Shown here one piece after another: positions 38,524 to 47,858 of a stretch of DNA of 64,000 bases. This DNA comes from Bdellovibrionales bacterium (GTDB lineage: Bacteria; Bdellovibrionota; Bdellovibrionia; Bdellovibrionales; UBA1609). A program made the position numbers and the translations under genes. The stretch covers positions 64,001-128,000 of the forward strand of contig DAHVQG010000004.1 in NCBI GenBank assembly GCA_027317865.1, given 5' to 3'. Every line of letters starts with the position of its first letter. The first letter of the stretch is position 1. The notes beneath the pieces were generated by a model that saw only the letters and a list, made by a program, of their open reading frames with translations, was not told the DNA's origin and made no database searches.

Positions 38524-39633
38524 CAACTGATTCGTAAGTTGTTCAACCGCTTGCATCACCATTTCCGCAGTAATGTTTTTCATGCAAGCGTGCGTTCCGA
38601 TTGGACATTTCATGTGGCCATGACGCCCGCAAGGTCGACAATCAAGATCGGTTTGAATCACCGCTGATTGATCGCTCCACGGACGATAACCTTGCGCAAG
38701 AACGGTCGGGCCAAAAATACCCACAACAGGCCGGCCGGCAACGGCGGCTAAATGCATTGGTCCGCTATCATTTGCCACGACCACCTGTGCTTGGCTCATC
38801 AATGCATGCAAGTGCAAAAGATCAAATCGCCCGGCGAGAGACCGTACTTCAACATTCGCCGACCGCATAACGTCGTGATTTACCGAAGCGGAAATACGGT
38901 CGCAAATATCGCGCTCATCGCGTGTGCCAACCAAATAGACATTTAAGCCTCGTTCGGCCATCAGTTCTGCCAAACGCCTGTACCCTTCTTCGGTCCAACA
39001 TTTGGTCGACCATTGACTCGACGGTGCAATCACAGCAAACGGATGAGCGAGTTGATTGTTCACGCTTTCGGCAATTGCCGGATTTGGCGCAACTCGAACA
39101 TGACATTCATCGGGTATCGGTTTCGGCCATTTCAAAATGCTCGATTTTAACCGTAAATTATTTTGCTCGGTATTTGTGCTCCACTGTTCTACAAGTTCTC
39201 GAATATCCGGGTCAATAGGCGCTAAGAGCGACAAGACCCGTAGAGCTTCGGGTAAACGCATGTCGCGAGGCACACGCAGGTCGTAAAACGGCCGGTTCCA
39301 CCATTGATGGTATGATAATTTGTGTTCGGCTTGTACGGTTCGCAGGGCAAGTGCTGTACGCACGGATCGGTGGACCGATATCAAATATCGAATATGATGA
39401 TGCGCGAGCCGGTCGCGAAATTCCTGAAGGCCCGTAACATTTCGTTTGTCCAGTTCAAGAACATCATCCACTAGATTTAAGCGCGCAAATAAGTCGCCGA
39501 AACCCGGGCGGCAGACCAACATGAGCGAACTCTCCGAATCAATTTTCTTTAGACGACGAATAAGAGGAATAGTCAGAAGTAGATCGCCTAAAAATGCAGT
39601 TTGAAAGATGATGTTTGTTTGCCCTTGAGCCAC
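38515..39633 (-). CDS. GT9 LPS heptosyltransferase (WaaF-like)
   Basis: FLGDLLL..P, K.W, NDSGPMHLAA, FGPT, CRPC...C...C. Confidence 0.9.
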   Translation of the reverse strand: MAQGQTNIIFQTAFLGDLLLTIPLIRRLKKIDSESSLMLVCRPGFGDLFARLNLVDDVLELDKRNVTGLQEFRDRLAHHHIRYLISVHRSVRTALALRTVQAEHKLSYHQWWNRPFYDLRVPRDMRLPEALRVLSLLAPIDPDIRELVEQWSTNTEQNNLRLKSSILKWPKPIPDECHVRVAPNPAIAESVNNQLAHPFAVIAPSSQWSTKCWTEEGYRRLAELMAERGLNVYLVGTRDERDICDRISASVNHDVMRSANVEVRSLAGRFDLLHLHALMSQAQVVVANDSGPMHLAAVAGRPVVGIFGPTVLAQGYRPWSDQSAVIQTDLDCRPCGRHGHMKCPIGTHACMKNITAEMVMQAVEQLTNQLSL

Positions 39634-40742
39634 TCCGCGCCTCTTACCACTCCAGAGAGAATGGCCTGCACTTCGACGAGATCATAACACATAGGAGATT
39701 TGTTACAAGTGCGCGACCAACACGGGGAGCAGCCGGCAAAGCTGAGCACCTTTACCCCGCGATCGTAAAGATCGATTTCGTGTGCGCAAGTCGGCCCAAA
39801 CCACGCGACAACCCACTTTTTCATGGCTATTGCCATGTGCATGCCCAAACTGTCGCCGGTCACAACAACGTCGCAAGCCGCCACACTCATGAGGCCGTCC
39901 CGAAGACCACGCGTCGTCGGGGTTGAAATGACCGGTAAACCAAATGCGATTTGTTCATTTCGAGCTGTGTCTTCCGGGCCCCCAAGTAGAGCTACGCAAA
40001 ACCCTGCATTTATAAGGTCAATCGCAATTTTTCTTTGTGATTCGACCGGCAGCTTCTTATACGGAATAACGCTGCTGCATCCGGTATTTAGTCCAACGAC
40101 GATTTGTTCGCTTGGGGCCCACTGCGAACGCCTATTGGCAACTTCACGCCGCTCTTGAGAATCAAGCGGCAGTTCATATTCATCGCGGGCAAAGGTCGTA
40201 AGTTCCAGTGCATCCGCGACAAGTTGAGTCTCGGGCAGTAGATTTTCAAAAAACTTCTTCTTATTCGATAATCCGATCTGCCACAAATTATCGGCCGCCG
40301 GTGTCGCCGGCACAATAGCACCCGCGCGAGCATCGGCAACGAATCCAAAAATTTGATCGACGTGCGTTTGCGCGATGATGCCGGCCGCGACGAGTGATTT
40401 GTCTATGCAAAACCCGATGTCGAATTCAAGCGACGAAAGCGCAAGCAGATCTTCACGCGAGGTGGTCATCACCCGATCAATCAGCGGATGGCCGCGCAAA
40501 AGCGCGTCCGCCGGAGCTTGAGTAACCCACGTCAAATGGCAGGCCGCATATTTGCGCCGAATTGCGCGCAAAAGCGAGGTGGAGCGCACAACAGCGCCGA
40601 GCGCACCCAAATGGATTAACAGTACGCGCGTTTTAACTATCTCGCGATGCGGGCACGTTCCCGAGCACACATCGCTTTTACCGCATGGTTTGTAACCGTT
40701 AAAATAACGGCAATGAACTTGAGGTTCGAATCGGTCACCCAT
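39588..40742 (-). CDS. GT9 glycosyltransferase with Cys-rich N-terminus
   Basis: CRYFNGYKPC, LGAVVRST, DSLGMHMA, FGPT, CSPC. Confidence 0.88.
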   Translation of the reverse strand: MGDRFEPQVHCRYFNGYKPCGKSDVCSGTCPHREIVKTRVLLIHLGALGAVVRSTSLLRAIRRKYAACHLTWVTQAPADALLRGHPLIDRVMTTSREDLLALSSLEFDIGFCIDKSLVAAGIIAQTHVDQIFGFVADARAGAIVPATPAADNLWQIGLSNKKKFFENLLPETQLVADALELTTFARDEYELPLDSQERREVANRRSQWAPSEQIVVGLNTGCSSVIPYKKLPVESQRKIAIDLINAGFCVALLGGPEDTARNEQIAFGLPVISTPTTRGLRDGLMSVAACDVVVTGDSLGMHMAIAMKKWVVAWFGPTCAHEIDLYDRGVKVLSFAGCSPCWSRTCNKSPMCYDLVEVQAILSGVVRGAEWLKGKQTSSFKLHF

Positions 40743-40783
40743 TATTACAGTGTAGCACGCCCGCAATCGCTAAAGCCAAGCGG

Positions 40784-42052
40784 CTACTGACCTTTGTCGA
40801 GACTGGCCAGCCTACCCATCAGCGAACCAATTTTAATTTTCAACTTGATTTGCACCGGCAGCTTACGCGAATCGTCTGTTAACCAAACGTAGTTGTCGCC
40901 GGTCGCTTGAAATTTACCTTTTAAATGAAATGTCGGCTGGACGACAAGCGTATTGAATGTTCCTGCTTCGGTGACCAGTTTCTCACGCCGCAAAACATCG
41001 CCGTCAAAAACATAGTTCTTACCGTCGCCGGCCACTCGAAAAGCAATTTTTTTGCCCGGTCGCAGAGTAAAAGTCCGTAAATAATAGATCGCGCTGATGA
41101 AATTTTGTGAGTATGAGTCGAGCTTCCATTTTATGTTCTTTTCCTTTTCGTGATCATCGCCGGGATGAATCACTTTCTCCCACTCAGTGGCTTCGTCATC
41201 GTTCCAGTCAAAAAAGACTCTCGTTTCTTTTTGCTGGGATGATTCGTTGGCATCCATGGTGTACGTAATTGGAGTCAGCGTATCGAAATCAACAAAAGTC
41301 TCAGCCCGGTCGTCAACCGAATAGAAAAGCGAAAAAATTTTATTGGATTTTAAACTGACAGCAAAATCATATGCTTTTTTGCCATTTACAGTTTTATAGG
41401 GCAGTACCTTAAGTGAAAGTTGACCGGCCACGACGTTGAAATAGCTTACGTTTAAAACAACATCTTCGCCTGGACGAAACGGGTCGACCACCGGGCGCCG
41501 GCCGATAAAACCTTCACCGTCCTCTAGTTTTGGTAAATGAACTTCATTTAAATGATATTCTGTGTGCACCACTTTGTGCCTCCGCCAATGATGGTATTGC
41601 GTGCGCTCACTCTCACGCGTGCGTTCATGTTCACGATATCGATACAATCCATCGTAGTGATAATGGTGAGGATAATGGCGATATAAACCGCGAAAAAGAT
41701 GAAAACGATACTGATAATGGGATGGCAAATTTTCTGGTGTCGTTTGAGTTATTGTTTGCGGTTTTGTTTGTTGCCGGTTTCGAACAAATTGTCGTTGGAT
41801 ATGTGATCGGCGCCATTTTTTTGCCCTTCTCGCCCATAATTTGGTCGACTTCTTTACCGGAGTCTTCGTAAATTTGCCCACTCTTACGACGTTCGCAAAG
41901 GCCGCGTTGATATCTTTAAATTCACTTTTGTGCATGGGCTTAAGCGACGCACATCCCGTGAGTAGGCCAACGGCCACAATGACCAGTAGACAAAATTTAA
42001 AAATGCGCCCTACTGTCGAAATTCCTTCCATCGGCGATGTACCCACATCCAT
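40784..42052 (-). CDS. DUF3108-like lipoprotein with His/Tyr/Arg-rich linker
   Basis: Lipobox-like LLTGC; PF..GE, FYSVDD, WLTDDSRKLPV.I..KIKIG beta-rich domain; start uncertain. Confidence 0.72.
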   Translation of the reverse strand: MDVGTSPMEGISTVGRIFKFCLLVIVAVGLLTGCASLKPMHKSEFKDINAAFANVVRVGKFTKTPVKKSTKLWARRAKKWRRSHIQRQFVRNRQQTKPQTITQTTPENLPSHYQYRFHLFRGLYRHYPHHYHYDGLYRYREHERTRESERTQYHHWRRHKVVHTEYHLNEVHLPKLEDGEGFIGRRPVVDPFRPGEDVVLNVSYFNVVAGQLSLKVLPYKTVNGKKAYDFAVSLKSNKIFSLFYSVDDRAETFVDFDTLTPITYTMDANESSQQKETRVFFDWNDDEATEWEKVIHPGDDHEKEKNIKWKLDSYSQNFISAIYYLRTFTLRPGKKIAFRVAGDGKNYVFDGDVLRREKLVTEAGTFNTLVVQPTFHLKGKFQATGDNYVWLTDDSRKLPVQIKLKIKIGSLMGRLASLDKGQ

Positions 42053-42885
42053 TGTTCAGGATGCTCGCGCACCCATTCTTCAATCTTGTCACAGTAGCGT
42101 TGGGTGTTCACCTGGATATTTCGGTCTTTATCACCCGTGTCGACGTAAGGGATTTCGGCCTCGAAAGCAACTGCCGTACGCCCATTCGGCAAACGATACG
42201 TCAACGCCGGTATGACCGGTGCGCGCGACCGCTCTACAAGAATCGCCAGTCCCATTGGCGTGCCGGTCTCACGGCCAAAAAACTTTGTTTTGATACCGAT
42301 GGGTGGCCCCAAAAACTGATCGAGCATAAAACCCACTATTTCGTTTTTCTTGAGTTTCTTCAATATGGTCAGGCTCGACTTGCGATCGGGAATCAAATCG
42401 AGACCAAACCGTTGCCGCGTTCGAAACCAAAAATCATTGAGCGCGCGCCATTTGAATTCTTTGGTAATTGACGACAGTCGCATACCGTTCAGCGCGAAGG
42501 CAACAGTTGCCCAATCACCATTGCCGATATGTGAGATCAGAAGAAAAGCGCCTTTCCCCCCCTTAACCGCGTTTTGCAAATTTTCGATGCCTTTGACATC
42601 GAAATGATCGGCGTAATCATCAAGTTCAGCCGTTGGGAGCCGCAAAAACTCCACAAAGGAGCGACCGAGGTGACACACTGACGCTCGCGCAACTTTGACC
42701 CTCCGACTCTCAGGCCAATCTGGAAAACAATGCCGCAAATTATCCAGCGCCACGCGCCGGCGAATGCGAAGGACGTCAAACCAAATGAGTCCAAGAAAAT
42801 CACCAATCGCCATTTGCGCAAACAGCGGCACGCGGTTGATTATTTGCGAGATCAAATTAATGAACACGCTCGAGAATTTTTTCAT
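42010..42885 (-). CDS. Lipid A late acyltransferase (LpxL/HtrB family)
   Basis: HIGNGD, LDQ, FFG, PEQWMWVHRRWK. Confidence 0.92.
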   Translation of the reverse strand: MKKFSSVFINLISQIINRVPLFAQMAIGDFLGLIWFDVLRIRRRVALDNLRHCFPDWPESRRVKVARASVCHLGRSFVEFLRLPTAELDDYADHFDVKGIENLQNAVKGGKGAFLLISHIGNGDWATVAFALNGMRLSSITKEFKWRALNDFWFRTRQRFGLDLIPDRKSSLTILKKLKKNEIVGFMLDQFLGPPIGIKTKFFGRETGTPMGLAILVERSRAPVIPALTYRLPNGRTAVAFEAEIPYVDTGDKDRNIQVNTQRYCDKIEEWVREHPEQWMWVHRRWKEFRQ

Positions 42886-43897
42886 ATAGCCATTTGACCC
42901 TTAAACTTAATTTTGGCCGTAGTTCGGACTTCCAAAAAAAATCCCCGTCTTGCCGGTCTCGTTTCAAAAACTCGCGCAATTTCACGGCGTCTTTTTCGGT
43001 CGTCACGACCCGTTTGACCTTGCGATCTCGCGACTCGGACAAAATCTTCTCGAATTCTCCACGCGTGTACCGATGATGGTCGCGAAATTTAAAATGCTTT
43101 TTCACATCTAAATTTTTGGCAACAAGGGCCTCAAACGCGGCCGGATTGCCAATGCCCGAAACCAAAGTGACAGGTTCAAATTCGTGCAGTTCTTCGGCGC
43201 GTTCGTCATCCAATCGAATCAGCCGGCGAACGTGGTACTCGGATTCTATGACCGGCGTAGAACGGCCGTCTAATATTTCATCGATGAATTCAATTACATT
43301 CTGCTTTTGCTCAGGTGACACCAAATTCACTTTATTAAGAATAATGCAGCTTGCGCGTCGCAAAGATTTTATATTTTCACGACCGCGCCCCGCCGGGATC
43401 ACTGAATAATTTTTAAGCGGCTCCGTACAGTCAATTATGACAATATCGATGTCGCGATGGAGTTGCCGGTGTTGAAATGCATCATCGGCAAAAATCAAGC
43501 GTACGTCAGGATGGGCATTTAAAAGTTCGCGCGTGACGGCCATGCGCTTATTCCCAACGTAAATCGGAACACCCGAAAATAAATTAGCCATCATCGTGGG
43601 TTCGTCACCGTACTCAGCCGGATTGGCACCTGGTTTTACGCGCGCAATCTTAGTTTCAAATTCGCCTTTATATCCGCGCGAAATCACAGCCGGACTCAGG
43701 TGATTTTCAACGGCCCATCGCAACAGCTCACAAACAATAGGTGTTTTACCGGTCCCGCCTAAAGTGAGATTACCGACGCTAACAACTGTGACGCCGGCAT
43801 CTTGGGCCCGGAAAATTTTGCGGTCATAAAGCCAATTGCGAATATTCATCACCGACGAGTAAAGCGCGCTCAGAGGACATGCCAACAATCTAAGCAA
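42857..43897 (-). CDS. lpxK: Tetraacyldisaccharide 4'-kinase
   Basis: VGNLTLGGTGKTP, SRGY, GDEP, DDAFQH, TTEKD; start placed at TTG 43897 overlapping the lpxB stop (uncertain). Confidence 0.93.
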   Translation of the reverse strand: MLRLLACPLSALYSSVMNIRNWLYDRKIFRAQDAGVTVVSVGNLTLGGTGKTPIVCELLRWAVENHLSPAVISRGYKGEFETKIARVKPGANPAEYGDEPTMMANLFSGVPIYVGNKRMAVTRELLNAHPDVRLIFADDAFQHRQLHRDIDIVIIDCTEPLKNYSVIPAGRGRENIKSLRRASCIILNKVNLVSPEQKQNVIEFIDEILDGRSTPVIESEYHVRRLIRLDDERAEELHEFEPVTLVSGIGNPAAFEALVAKNLDVKKHFKFRDHHRYTRGEFEKILSESRDRKVKRVVTTEKDAVKLREFLKRDRQDGDFFWKSELRPKLSLRVKWLYEKILERVH

Positions 43898-45056
43898 GGT
43901 ACTGATCGAGAATATGGGCGACGCGGGCCGTGGCACCTTTGTCTCCAAGTAGCTCCTTCGTTCGGCCAAGCTCTTGCGAAACTTGCCGGTAATGAATTTC
44001 ATCGTACAACAGCGTAGTCAATTCGCTTTTTAAGCGTTCAGGATTCGCTTGCTCTTGAAATAACTCTGGAACCGCCGCCTTGCCAAGAATCAAATTAATT
44101 AATCCGAAAAATGCCGTACCCTTTACAAACCGTCTTGCAACCCACGCCGTGACCCGGTTCATTTTATACATAACCACCATAGGCCGCTTCATCAGCCCCA
44201 CAACTAGCGTGGCCGTCCCAGATGCACACAGTACAACATCGGTTAAACGAACCATGCGCAATGGCTCGTCCTTCATAAAGATCAACGGAATGCCGATTGC
44301 CGGCATAAAAGCCTTCATATCTTCAACCGATACGGTCGGGGCCAGCAACAGTGCGAATTTCAGCGCCGGATCATCTCGGTGCAAGAGTTCCGCGGTCTTT
44401 AGTTGCGTGGCCAAATGATGTTGGAGTTCGGACGGCCGGCTCCCAGGCATTAGCCCGACAACCTTTTCCGTATCAGAAATTCCGTATTTGTTTCGCCACC
44501 TTTTGCGTTCCTCAGAATCCAGCAAATCCGGCGATATTTCATCGAGGAGCGGATGCCCAACGAACTCGACGTCCATGCCGTGCTCTTTGAAAAACGGCTT
44601 CTCAAAGGGCAAAATGACGAGCATTTGGTCAACGCATTTTTTGATTTGTTCGACTCGTGACGTGCGCCAAGCCCAAACTTGGGGCGAGATATAATAGACG
44701 ATGCGAAATCCGCACGATTTGAGTTTTTTCGCGAGTCGCAAATTAAACCCGGGATAATCGAGAAGCAATACGAATTTCGGTTGCCGCTTTTTCGCCGCCT
44801 CGATGAGGCGCCAAAATACTTGGCGAATATCCCCGAAATGTTTGAGTACTTCGGTGAGACCGACGACCGCCATTTCTTCGGAGCGGCCAATCGCTTCAAA
44901 TCCGAGACGTTCCATTTCACGGCTACCAACGCCAAAGGCCCGAATGTTACGATCTTGTTTTTGCCAATATTCAAGCAGCCTTTGTGCGTACAGGCAGCTC
45001 GATGCTTCGGCGGCAACGATCATAACCTCAATGGTGTCGTTTTTCGATTGTGCCAA
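43890..45056 (-). CDS. lpxB: Lipid-A-disaccharide synthase
   Basis: DYPGFN, SPQVWAWR, ILPFE, VGHPL, PGSR, SGTATL; TTG 45056 with GGAG RBS. Confidence 0.95.
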   Translation of the reverse strand: MAQSKNDTIEVMIVAAEASSCLYAQRLLEYWQKQDRNIRAFGVGSREMERLGFEAIGRSEEMAVVGLTEVLKHFGDIRQVFWRLIEAAKKRQPKFVLLLDYPGFNLRLAKKLKSCGFRIVYYISPQVWAWRTSRVEQIKKCVDQMLVILPFEKPFFKEHGMDVEFVGHPLLDEISPDLLDSEERKRWRNKYGISDTEKVVGLMPGSRPSELQHHLATQLKTAELLHRDDPALKFALLLAPTVSVEDMKAFMPAIGIPLIFMKDEPLRMVRLTDVVLCASGTATLVVGLMKRPMVVMYKMNRVTAWVARRFVKGTAFFGLINLILGKAAVPELFQEQANPERLKSELTTLLYDEIHYRQVSQELGRTKELLGDKGATARVAHILDQYLA

Positions 45057-45975
45057 TGATTTGCTCCGCCAGCCGAAGCGCGCGCAGGCCGTCTTCACCA
45101 GTCACGACACACGGTTTGTTTAATAAACAAGAATCAATAAAGGATTGGGTTTCAGCAAGCAACGCATCGCCTTTTTCAAGACTCCAAGAATCCATATCTA
45201 TGGGAGGCGCCCCCTCACCATTCCACTCACCGGTCTTAGTGAAAAGGCGGACCTCGCCTGAACCAAAATCCATCGTCAGATATTGCGAATCTTGAAACAC
45301 ACGAAATTTTCTCTGGCTGTTGAGGCTGATTCGCGATGCCGTGACGTTGGCAACCGCTCCCGATGCAAATTCAATTCTGGCGTTTGCGATATCTTGAGTA
45401 TGCGTAATGACCGGCGTACCAACGGCCGCGACTGAAACCGGCTCACTTTTTGTTAGATGCAAAATCATGTCTAGATCATGAATCATAAGATCCAGTACAA
45501 CATTCACGTCAACTCCGCGCGGTTTAAACGGAGCGAGGCGATGACATTCGATAAACAATGGCTTATTCAGTTTTGCCTCAGCCGACTGTAAGGCGGGGTT
45601 AAATCTCTCCACATGCCCCACTTGAAGTTTCAAATTCTTTTTCGCCGCAAGTTCGCACAAGCTTTCGGCCTCACGGCTTGTTGTGGTAATCGGCTTTTCA
45701 ACATGAACATGAATACCGTTTTCAAGCAGCATCTTTGCGATTTCAAAATGCGACGACGTAGTTGACGCAACCGTCACCGCATCCACTTGACCGATAAGAT
45801 CTTCAAGCTTTGAAAATGCCGAAACACTTAGTTCGCGCGCCACTTCATCAGCGCGGGCCGGATTCGAGTCATATACACCCATTAGTTTGCAACGATCGAT
45901 CAACTTATATTTTTGCGCGTGAAAGCGGCCGAGGTAGCCTACGCCGACCACTGCTGTTCGCAACTTCGAAGTCAT
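45028..45975 (-). CDS. gnnA: Gfo/Idh/MocA oxidoreductase, probable UDP-GlcNAc 3-dehydrogenase GnnA
   Basis: GVGYLGRFHAQKY, EKP, GHVERFNPA, DLMIHDLD, TASR; position between lpxA and lpxB. Confidence 0.8.
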   Translation of the reverse strand: MTSKLRTAVVGVGYLGRFHAQKYKLIDRCKLMGVYDSNPARADEVARELSVSAFSKLEDLIGQVDAVTVASTTSSHFEIAKMLLENGIHVHVEKPITTTSREAESLCELAAKKNLKLQVGHVERFNPALQSAEAKLNKPLFIECHRLAPFKPRGVDVNVVLDLMIHDLDMILHLTKSEPVSVAAVGTPVITHTQDIANARIEFASGAVANVTASRISLNSQRKFRVFQDSQYLTMDFGSGEVRLFTKTGEWNGEGAPPIDMDSWSLEKGDALLAETQSFIDSCLLNKPCVVTGEDGLRALRLAEQIIGTIEKRHH

Positions 45976-46769
45976 CGCGCCACCCCGAATTTTGAGTTCT
46001 CTATGAAATTAATCAGATGCCGGATGTGGTCGCTTGCTTTGCACTCGCTCGTAATTTTCTGCAAAGATTCTTCTATAGTGCGGTCGCCCATAACTATAAA
46101 TCGAATGGCACGCGCAATATTTTCGATTTCATCCTTTGAGTACCCGGCCCGTTGCAAACCAATTTTATTTGTAGCACGGCATCGGGCCATTTCACTGCCT
46201 TCAGCAATTGTATAAGGCAACACGTCCTTTCGGATATGACTGGCGCCGCCCACATAGGCAAACCGGCCAACACGTGCAAACTGAACAATCCCGCACATTC
46301 CGCCGATATGCACGTGTTCTTCAACCGTCACGTGACCGGCAAACTGACAGCCATTTGCAACAACGACATGATCGCCAATTTGACAATCGTGCGCCACGTG
46401 AACGTAAGACATGAGCATACAGTGGTTGCCGATTCGCGTAACCCCGCCGCCTTTCACCGTCCCACAGTTGATGGTTACAAATTCTCGAAAAATGTTGTGA
46501 TTACCAATTTCAAGTTTCGTCGGGTCGTTTTTGTAAGACAAATCTTGCGGCGGCCCCCCAACCATCGCCCCCGGCAAAAAATTATTATTTTCACCGATAC
46601 TCACTACGGTTGAACTTGAACCAATGGTGACATGAGAATTTATAACGGTATTTTTGCCGATGCGGACGCGCCCTTTCACAACGGAATAAGGACCAATAAC
46701 TACACCCGAATCGAGCTCAACATCATTTTCAACGACCGCGGTGGGATGAATAGAAGTCGTCGTGCTCAT
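45972..46769 (-). CDS. lpxA: Acyl-ACP--UDP-GlcNAc(3N) acyltransferase LpxA
   Basis: IHPTA, hexapeptide repeats, PQDL.Y, HVAHDC, GHV. Confidence 0.95.
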   Translation of the reverse strand: MSTTTSIHPTAVVENDVELDSGVVIGPYSVVKGRVRIGKNTVINSHVTIGSSSTVVSIGENNNFLPGAMVGGPPQDLSYKNDPTKLEIGNHNIFREFVTINCGTVKGGGVTRIGNHCMLMSYVHVAHDCQIGDHVVVANGCQFAGHVTVEEHVHIGGMCGIVQFARVGRFAYVGGASHIRKDVLPYTIAEGSEMARCRATNKIGLQRAGYSKDEIENIARAIRFIVMGDRTIEESLQKITSECKASDHIRHLINFIENSKFGVAR

Positions 46770-47242
46770 TGTTCCTTCCCCTCAAATCGAACGGTGGCCA
46801 AAATTTCGGTTTCGGCAATCAACGTTTCGCCGACGCGGGAGCAAACTTTGCACGCAAAAAAGTGCCCGCGATCTTTGACCACTTCAGCATCAATAATCAA
46901 CTGGTCGCCCGGTATTACAGGAGCGTGAAACCGAACTTCACCAATCCGAGCGATGGCCACTTCAACTTGCGGGTCACCCGGCCGACGGCACGCAATTGCT
47001 CCCGCCTGCGCCATCGCTTCGAGTATCAATACCCCCGGCATTACCGGACGGTTCGGAAAGTGACCAGCAAAAAACCACTCATTAAACGTGACGTTTTTTA
47101 CGGCCTGCACGCGGCGTCCAACCCGCTTATCTCCGCCGGGGTCTTGAACATCTAAAACCCGATCGATCAGCACAAACGGATGCCGATGCGGAAGCATCCG
47201 TAAAATGTCATCTATAAGAATAGCCTCAGTGTTTTTTCTCAA
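46766..47242 (-). CDS. fabZ: 3-hydroxyacyl-ACP dehydratase
   Basis: LPHRHPF.LID, KNVTFNE.FF.GHFP..PVMPGVL..EAMAQ. Confidence 0.96.
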   Translation of the reverse strand: MRKNTEAILIDDILRMLPHRHPFVLIDRVLDVQDPGGDKRVGRRVQAVKNVTFNEWFFAGHFPNRPVMPGVLILEAMAQAGAIACRRPGDPQVEVAIARIGEVRFHAPVIPGDQLIIDAEVVKDRGHFFACKVCSRVGETLIAETEILATVRFEGKEQ

Positions 47243-47768
47243 GGGCTTTTATCACTTTATTCGTAATATCAATTCGGCTGGAAGCCCAAACTAAGTCTTG
47301 GTCGTCCTTATGAAAAATCGCCGTGTATCCGCCTTTTCTCGCAATCTCGTCAATGACTTTGCCGAGACGCTTAAGAAGCGGTTTTGACAACTCCTGATCA
47401 CGCTTGGCGAGCGCTTTCAGGTTTTGATCACGAAGTTCAAAAAACTGCATTTTTGCTTTTTCGATTTTTTGTTCTTGTTGCGCGCGAGCTTGGTCCGATA
47501 GCAGGAGATTTCTTTTCTCAAAATTCTTTTCCATATCGACTATAGCATCTTTGCGTTTTTCGAGCTCCGCTTTGCGCCTTTGAAAATCAGCGTCCAATTC
47601 TTTTTTTATCCGTTGGCCTTCTTTAGTCGCTTGAATGGCACGCGGGATATCCACCACGCCTATTTTTTCATCGGCCAAAGCCTTAGGTGAAAAACTCACA
47701 ACCAAAACTGTTGTTGCCAATATAGCAGCCAGGGCAATGCCACCCAAACGAGTTAAACCGAATTTCAT
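47226..47768 (-). CDS. skp: OmpH/Skp outer-membrane chaperone
   Basis: Signal peptide, KIGVVD, long coiled coil, DIT..VI end; downstream of bamA. Confidence 0.9.
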   Translation of the reverse strand: MKFGLTRLGGIALAAILATTVLVVSFSPKALADEKIGVVDIPRAIQATKEGQRIKKELDADFQRRKAELEKRKDAIVDMEKNFEKRNLLLSDQARAQQEQKIEKAKMQFFELRDQNLKALAKRDQELSKPLLKRLGKVIDEIARKGGYTAIFHKDDQDLVWASSRIDITNKVIKALEKKH

Positions 47769-47858
47769 AATTTTTAGCTCCTTTTTGTGCTAGCCGCACA
47801 CTTATTGGGGGATCTTACTCGTAAGATTTGCGCTGAATCAACAAAAATGGTGACCGAT

